The position numbers and the translations under genes are program-made. The notes beneath the pieces were generated by a model. That model was given only the letters and a program-made list of their open reading frames with translations. It did not search any database and was not told where the DNA came from. From IMG/VR virus record IMGVR_UViG_2740892236_000007: 14,507 bases of DNA. One strand, written 5' to 3'. The stretch comes from a virus. Taxonomy: Duplodnaviria > Heunggongvirae > Uroviricota > Caudoviricetes. Of this stretch, positions 8,721-14,507 are shown piece after piece (within the stretch, counting starts at the first letter, position 1; each line of letters begins with the position of its first letter).

Positions 8721-8976
8721 GCACGTTGTGATATGTAGATGATAATCATTATCACTTTACGGGTCCTTTCCGGTGATCCGACAGGTTACGGGGCGGCGAC
8801 CTCGCGGGTTTTCGCTATTTATGAAAATTTTCCGGTTTAANNNNNNNNNNGTAGATGCACGTTGTGACATGTAGATGATAATTATTATCATTTTGCGGGT
8901 CCTTTCCGGCGATCCGACAGGTTACGGGGCGGCGACCTCGCGGGTTTTCGCTATTTATGAAAATTTTCCGGTTTAA
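8721..8976. repeat. Two diverged direct copies (~120 bp, about 96 percent identical) of the cos-proximal sequence, separated by N10 (8841-8850)
   Basis: Copy 1 8721-8840 and copy 2 8857-8976 both contain ...CCGACAGGTTACG GGGCGGCGACCTCGCGGGTTTTCGCTATTTATGAAAATTTTCCGGTTTAA with 5 mismatches. Confidence 0.85.
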
Positions 8977-9085
8977 GGTGTTTCCGTTCTTCTTCGTCGT
9001 AACTTAATGTTTTTATTTAAAATACCCCCTGAAAAGAAAGGAAACGACAGGTGCTGAAAGCGGGCTTTTTGGCCTTTGTCGTTTC
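8927..9085 (+). other. Lambda-type cos site: cosN (GGGCGGCGACCT, 8927-8938) plus cosB with Nu1-binding-site-like repeats
   Basis: Near-identity to recalled lambda left end; GTTTCCGTTCTTCTTCG, GAAAGGAAACGACAG and TGTCGTTTCCTTTCTC repeats upstream of nu1. A second cosN copy lies at 8791-8802. Confidence 0.8.
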
Positions 9086-9115
9086 CTTTCTCTGTTTTTG
9101 TCCGTGGAATGAACA

Positions 9116-9373
9116 ATGGAAGTCAACAAAAAGCAGCTGGCTGACATTTTCGGTGCGAGTATCCGTACCATTCAGAACTGGCAGGAACAGGGAATGCCCG
9201 TTCTGCGAGGCGGTGGCAAGGGTAATGAGGTGCTTTATGACTCTGCCGCCGTCATAAAATGGTATGCCGAAAGGGATGCTGAAATTGAGAACGAAAAGCT
9301 GCGCCGGGAAGTTGAAGAACTGCGGCAGGCCAGCGAGACAGATCTCCAGCCACCCGCGCTACGGCATGGGTAA
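9116..9373 (+). pseudogene. Terminase small subunit Nu1 homolog, N-terminal ~77 codons only
   Basis: MEVNKKQLADIFGASIRTIQNWQEQGMPVLRGGGKGNEVLYDSAAVIKWYAERDAEIENEKLRREVEELRQAS matches recalled lambda Nu1 DNA-binding domain; homology ends near 9353, frame closes at 9373. Confidence 0.8.
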
Positions 9374-10603
9374 ACGTCTTGGTGCGGCAGATGTGGATAA
9401 ATGGGCGCTGTATGTCATCGGCCAGTGTTGCGACCAGTCGGTGCCGGACGGTTTTGGCGGCACGGAGCCGCGCATCACCTGTAATGCCTGGCTGACCACA
9501 CAGCGTAAGGCGTGGGATGTTCTCAGTGATTTCTGCTCGGCGATGCGCTGTATGCCGGTATGGAACGGGCAGACGCTGACGTTCGTGCAGGACCGACCAT
9601 CAGATAAGGTGTGGACCTATAACCGCAGTAATGTGGTGATGCCGGATGATGGCGCGCCGTTCCGCTACAGCTTCAGCGCCCTGAAGGACCGCCATAATGC
9701 CGTTGAGGTGAACTGGATTGACCCGGATAACGGCTGGGAGACGGCGACAGAGCTTGTGGAGGACACGCAGGCCATTGCCCGTTACGGTCGTAACGTCACG
9801 AAGATGGATGCCTTTGGCTGTACCAGGCGGGGGCAGGCGCACCGAGCCGGGCTGTGGCTGATTAAAACGGAACTGCTGGAAACGCAGACCGTGGACTTCA
9901 GCGTGGGTGCCGAAGGGCTTCGCCATGTACCAGGTGATGTCATTGAAATCTGTGATGATGACTATGCGGGGATCAGCATCGGCGGGCGCGTGCTGGCGGT
10001 GAACAGCCAGACGCGGACACTGACGCTCGACCGTGAAATCACGCTGCCATCCTCCGGCACCACGCTGATAAGCCTGGTTGACGGGCAGGGTAATCCGGTG
10101 AGCGTGGAGGTCCAGTCCGTCACCGACGGCGTGAAGGTGAAAGTGAGCCGGGTTCCTGACGGCGTTGCCGAGTACAGCGTGTGGGGGCTGAAGCTGCCGA
10201 CGCTGCGTCAGCGCCTGTTCCGCTGTGTGAGTATCCGTGAGAACGATGACGGTACGTATGCCATCACTGCCGTGCAGCATGTACCGGAGAAAGAAGCCAT
10301 CGTGGATAACGGGGCGCACTTTGACGGTGACCAGAGCGGCACGGTGAATGGTGTCACGCCGCCAGCAGTTCAGCACCTGACCGCAGAAGTCACCGCAGAC
10401 AGCGGGGAATACCAGGTGCTGGCGCGCTGGGACACGCCGAAGGTGGTGAAGGGGGTGAGCTTTATGCTTCGCCTGACCGTGGCAGCGGACGACGGCAGTG
10501 AGCGGTTGGTCAGCACGGCCCGGACGACGGAAACCACATATCGCTTCACGCAGCTGGCGCTGGGAAATTACAGGCTGACAGTCCGGGCGGTAAATGCATG
10601 GGG
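9354..10603 (+). pseudogene. Internal fragment of lambda J-like tail tip protein
   Basis: Frame-0 translation (...FRCVSIRENDDGTYAITAVQHVPEKEAIVDNGAHFDG...RAVNAWGQ) matches recalled lambda J; no N- or C-terminus; junctions at ~9353 and ~10604. Confidence 0.8.
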
Positions 10604-10906
10604 ACAGCCGGTGCACATACCCATTCGATGACATTTGTTTCAGGTGGTTCCAGTGGTGCTCCGGGAAGTGGATCACCTGATTATTCTAAATACAGTGTTA
10701 ACACTTCTTCTGCAGGCGCTCATACGCACTCTGTATCGGGTACTGCTGCAAGCGCAGGTGCACACGCATATACTGTCGGTATTGGTGCTCATACGCACTC
10801 CGTTGCGATTGGTTCACATGGACATACCATCACCGTTAACGCTGCTGGTAACGCGGAAAACACCGTCAAAAACATCGCATTTAACTATATTGTGAGGCTT
10901 GCATAA
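10604..10906 (+). pseudogene. Side tail fiber (Stf) C-terminal fragment fused to the J fragment
   Basis: GAHTHS repeats and ...[19 protein letters not shown]-terminus; stop overlaps tfa start (TAATG). Confidence 0.75.
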
Positions 10907-11486
10907 TGGCATTCAGAATGAGTGAACAACCACGGACCATAAAAATTTATAATCTGCTGGCCGGAACTAATGAATTTATTGGTGAAGGTGATGCATATAT
11001 TCCGCCTCATACAGGTCTGCCAGCAAACAGTACCGATATTGCACCGCCAGATATTCCGGCTGGCTTCGTGGCTGTTTTCAACAGTGATGAGTCATCGTGG
11101 CATCTTGTTGAAGACCATCGGGGTAAACAGTTTATGACGTGGCATCAGGGGACGCGTTATTTATTTCTGAACTCGGCTCATTACCGGAAAATGTTACCTG
11201 GTTATCCCCGGAAGGGGAGTTTCAGAAGTGGAACGGCACAGCCTGGGTGAAGGATACGGAAGCAGAAAAACTGTTCCGGATCCGGGAGGTGGAAGAAACA
11301 AAAAACAGCCTGATGCAGGTAGCCAGTGAGCATATAGCGCCGCTTCAGGATGCTGTGGATCTGGAAATCGCAACGGAGGAAGAAACCTTGTTGCTGGAAG
11401 CCTGGAAAAAGTATCGGGTATTGCTGAACCGTGTTGATACGTCAACTGCACAGGATATTGAATGGCCAGTAGCACCTATAGGGTAA
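10906..11486 (+). pseudogene. Tail fiber assembly protein Tfa, disrupted by a 1-nt frameshift near 11128
   Basis: N-terminal part in one frame (10906..11250), C-terminal part [17 protein letters not shown]... in another frame (to 11486). Confidence 0.75.
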
Positions 11487-11570
11487 ATTCGTAATGATTA
11501 CCTAAATACGTTATTCTTTTGTTCAAAAAGTGATTTTGCTATAGATAGGGAGTATGTTCTTGGATTAAGA

Positions 11571-11601
11571 ATAAAAATCGCCATGAAAGAGCTTCATGGC
11601 G
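11571..11601 (-). terminator. Intrinsic-terminator-like hairpin oriented for minus-strand transcripts
   Basis: Perfect 9-bp stem CGCCATGAA / TTCATGGCG with 5-nt loop; on the minus strand it is followed by ATTTTTAT. Confidence 0.4.
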
Positions 11602-12344
11602 AGTACATAAACGTACAAAATGTGATGAAAGTAGAGTGGCGTAAGCCACTATATTAAGATGTGACAATAGCGAAGAAAAGTAAATAACATTTTATGGACG
11701 TTTAATTGTTAATTATAAAAACTAGAGTGCCCGATATTGTTTACCTTGCTTTAAAATAATGTACTCAAACCAAATTTTTGAGCTAAAAGCTCAAATAATA
11801 TAAATGCAATAATAATGTTTAATAAGACAATTAGCTTGCTTTGTATTTTCATTTCGGAATACTGTTAAGTAACTTTGATGACCCTAACAATAGATCGGAA
11901 TTTTCTTAGAGTCAATGGTCACTGTTTTTGCTTGCAAAGCAAATGTTTTGGTGGTTATAAGTTGTCTTAATATAGTCACGCATGCAACTTGTTCCATGCG
12001 GAGATTAAAGATTGGAATATAACGCTAAGATGGAATTAAATTACATTTGCAATAATCAATTTATTATTACTCAATAATTACCGATATTATTATTGTAAAT
12101 TAATCATTAGAGTGCAAAAAGAAATGTAACGGCAAAATAAGAGGACGATAGCTGAGAAAAAAGCGTGCTTTCCCAATCTGGGGCAAATCACGTCTGAATG
12201 ACACCTGAAAACAGGTGGTAGCCTCAAGAAGGCTTGGAATATTCTTCTTTAATGTTATGTAATTCATTGATTTTTCGTGTACGATTTAAAGACATTTATT
12301 CCAAGAAAAATTTTTAACTCTTTGATTTTTCGACTCTGTATCAT

Positions 12345-12406
12345 CGGTCTCGAAAACCGGAGTAGGGGCAACTCTACCGGGGGTTCAAATCCCCCTCTCT
12401 CCGCCA
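12345..12406 (+). tRNA. serU: 3' fragment (~62 nt) of tRNA-Ser(CGA): anticodon arm, long variable arm, T-arm, acceptor 3' strand, CCA; not a complete tRNA
   Basis: CGGTCTCGAAAACCGGAGTAGGGGCAACTCTACCGGGGGTTCAAATCCCCCTCTCTCCGCCA matches the recalled 3' portion of E. coli serU; no 5' half is present upstream. Confidence 0.8.
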
Positions 12407-12990
12407 CTTTATCAATGACTTATCTCCCGACTTCCCGCCTTGCTTTTCCTAAACAGAACAATCGTAGAATATTCTTGAAGGGTTAGATCGTCACTGTTTT
12501 CTGTTCGATACTGTGACATTCAGCACTTGATTCGCTATGGATCTGACAGGAAGGTTTTGAGCGAAAATTTGCAGTTATTCAGTCGTTTTCTTATCGGTCA
12601 CCATTATTCTTTTAGACATTGATCCTACAAAGCTGCCGCAAAGTTGGTGGTGGGAACTGAAGTTGCGTAGAGAAGGGGTCAATACCCGGAGGCAAACATG
12701 GGCTGGCAAAAGTGTAGCGGTATTAGGCGCAGCTATTTAGCCTAGTTATGTTTTATGAAAACTTGATATCATATAAGTGTCTTACTTATTGGCTGTAAAT
12801 AAGTTTTTCCTAAGGAATTGTTTCTTGAGTATCATTTGTAACTGTAACGGAATTTATAATCCTTTGCTTTATTGTTACGGTATTTTTTATCACACCCTAT
12901 TTTTTATATGGTTTTTTATACTGAAGTTTGGCAAAGTGAACTTTATATGCATATACTTCATCCTGGTTTCAGTTAAGTTGGGTGGATGAT

Positions 12991-13734
12991 ATGGCAACTA
13001 CATGTTCAGTTATATTGATTTTGGAGTCCTTTGATGTTTATTTCGGAAAAGAGAGTGTGTTTCTGGAGAGAGGTTCATCTGTACTTGTCGACTCTAGCTC
13101 TAGAGATTTTTTCCTGACATATCCTGAAAGAGTGATAGTGGCGGATTTTGGCGCTGAGTTTATTAGTCGCTATTTGAAAGCTAATAACTTAAGGGATATT
13201 TCTGATTGTAGGGAATATCCATCTTATTTAAAAATAAACTTTGCTGACTTCAGTTTAATTAAAGGATTAATTAGTTGGGCTAATCACTGTGCTGAATACA
13301 TAGAAATTTTTGATGAGTCTATTGCTTTTACATGTCTCTCTGCATTTTCTTCTGAAAAACAATTTGGAGTATTTCTGTTTGAATGTTTGAAAAGCACAGG
13401 GGCTAAAGTTAAAACGATTATTCATACGGATTTATCTGCACCATGGCGTCTTAAGGATATATCATCAAGATTATATCTCAGCGAAAGTTTACTAAAGAGG
13501 AAATTGAAAGAAGAGGGGGTATCATTCAGTAAGATCATACTTGATGAGAGGATGCAAATGGCTGAATATTTACTCAGCACTCGTTGTTATCCTATTAGTA
13601 AAGTAGCTAAGGTCTGTGGTTATGCCAGTGTCTCATACTTTACTTATGTATTTAGACGTTATTTTGGTGTTTCTCCAAGTCAATACTCTCAGAGCAGTTC
13701 AGAAAGTAAAATTCTTACTCACCAGGGAATCTGA
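12991..13734 (+). CDS. AraC/XylS-family transcriptional regulator, AppY/YdeO/GadX-like, 247 aa
   Basis: C-terminal double HTH (WRLKDISSRLYLSESLLKRKLKEEG...CGYASVSYFTYVFRRYFGVSPSQY); N-terminus resembles AppY/YdeO; AT-rich gene; track ORF begins at GTG 12982. Confidence 0.85.
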   Translation: MATTCSVILILESFDVYFGKESVFLERGSSVLVDSSSRDFFLTYPERVIVADFGAEFISRYLKANNLRDISDCREYPSYLKINFADFSLIKGLISWANHCAEYIEIFDESIAFTCLSAFSSEKQFGVFLFECLKSTGAKVKTIIHTDLSAPWRLKDISSRLYLSESLLKRKLKEEGVSFSKIILDERMQMAEYLLSTRCYPISKVAKVCGYASVSYFTYVFRRYFGVSPSQYSQSSSESKILTHQGI

Positions 13735-13740
13735 TCATTG

Positions 13741-14243
13741 TTCTTGCCCCCTTATTTCCAGACAGGGGGTGTATCTTAAGTTAACGTTACCCGCTGACGT
13801 CGATATTCTCGCGGAGAGCGATAACCCAACGCACTGTGCGGATGGTTTTCATTGTAATGTTCGATCGCCACTGCAAGATTATGCAATGCCGTTCTTACAT
13901 TCGGTTTCGGCATGAACGCGATGTAGTCTTCCTTCATCGTTTTCACGAACCTTTCTGCCATTCCATTACTCTGAGGACTGCTGATTGCCGTTGTGCAGGG
14001 CTCCAGATTCAACTCTCTGGCGAACTGCCATGTTTCATGCGCTCTATACGCTGAACCGTTATCTGTCAGCCACTGGATGGACTGTTCCGGTACTTTATCG
14101 CCAAAGCGTTTTTCTATCGCTCCTAACATGACATCCTGCACTGTCGCTTTATCGTAACCTCCCGTGCTTGCGGCCCAGTCTATGGCTTCACGATCGCAAC
14201 AGTCCAGGGCGAACGTAACACGCAGTTTTGAATCGCCACGGGT
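13741..14243 (-). mobile_element. IS3-family (IS2-group-like) remnant: terminal inverted repeat plus transposase OrfB C-terminal half (~155 codons)
   Basis: Minus-strand frame 13776..14243 (...[24 protein letters not shown]...[13 protein letters not shown]...[14 protein letters not shown]) resembles the recalled IS2 InsD C-terminal half; 13741-13765 resembles the recalled IS2 terminal repeat; N-terminal half absent. Confidence 0.75.
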
Positions 14244-14291
14244 TTAACAGACACCTCAGAGTCATTTAAGATGGCTTAAAGAGAGGTGCCC

Positions 14292-14507
14292 ATGAGCGGT
14301 AAGCGTTATCCCGAAGAGTTTAAAACTGAAGCAGTCAAACAGGTTGTTGATCGCGGTTATTCTGTTGCCAGCGTTGCAACACGTCTCGATATCACCACCC
14401 ACAGCCTTTATGCCTGGATAAAGAAGTACGGTCCGGATTACTCCACTTTTTCATCAAGCCAATCCGCCCACCACTGCATCATTTCTCTGCGCTTATCGAG
14501 ATACTGA
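14292..14507 (+). mobile_element. IS3-family OrfA-like N-terminal fragment (HTH), second IS in opposite orientation
   Basis: MSGKRYPEEFKTEAVKQVVDRGYSVASVATRLDITTHSLYAWIKKYGPD fits the IS3-family OrfA N-terminal pattern; downstream part diverges and the window ends at 14507. Confidence 0.6.

Noticed and set aside
8700-8980. Possible CRISPR array suggested by the direct repeat
   Set aside because: Only two long (~120 bp) copies that are cos sequence, not short regularly spaced repeats; no cas genes.
9051-9257. Plus-strand ORF 9051..9257
   Set aside because: It overlaps the cosB repeats and the nu1 start in another frame; the Nu1 frame is supported by homology.
9600-10676. Minus-strand 358-aa ORF
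   Set aside because: Antisense to the GC-rich J fragment; Arg/His/Pro-rich translation typical of a shadow frame.
10635-11475. ORFs 10635..10895 (+) and 11194..11475 (-)
   Set aside because: Alternative frame inside the Stf fragment and antisense to tfa, respectively.
12277-12486. Plus-strand ORF 12277..12486
   Set aside because: Its frame runs through the tRNA-Ser fragment; the RNA interpretation explains the sequence.
12777-12989. Plus-strand ORF 12777..12989
   Set aside because: Low-complexity AT-rich translation (Phe/Ile/Tyr-rich) directly upstream of the AraC gene; most likely promoter region.
13616-14054. Plus-strand ORFs 13616..13915 and 13836..14054
   Set aside because: They overlap the AraC 3' end and the IS terminal repeat, or are antisense to the IS2-like OrfB fragment.

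Overview
This window reads as the late region of a Qin-like lambdoid cryptic prophage of Escherichia/Shigella type, followed by an AT-rich accessory segment. Left to right: a hok-type toxin (hokD-like), rem, a 92-aa ORF coupled to a DUF968/HNH-like gene (ydfU-like), antiterminator Q with a candidate late promoter and terminator, the cold-shock genes cspF(-) and cspB(+), a phage-21-type lysis cassette (pinholin, ydfR-like insert, SAR endolysin, Rz with embedded Rz1), cspI, ynfN, gnsB, then ydfO(-) and a 77-aa RHH-like gene(-). Next come two diverged cos copies flanking a 10-N gap, and decayed packaging/tail genes (Nu1 N-terminal fragment, internal J fragment fused to a Stf C-terminus, frameshifted Tfa). 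The last 3 kb is AT-rich and carries a 62-nt tRNA-Ser(CGA) 3' fragment (att scar), an AppY/YdeO-like AraC regulator, and nested IS3-family remnants. No CRISPR array or rRNA is present. Most genes match known cryptic-prophage families, and I found no clearly novel multi-gene system. The items most worth follow-up are the cos duplication across the gap, small unannotated ORFs (including a zinc-ribbon frame with no start codon), the RHH + DUF1398 pair, and the AraC island. All identifications rest on reading the sequence and recalled family sequences; no database search was run, and GC comments are by eye.
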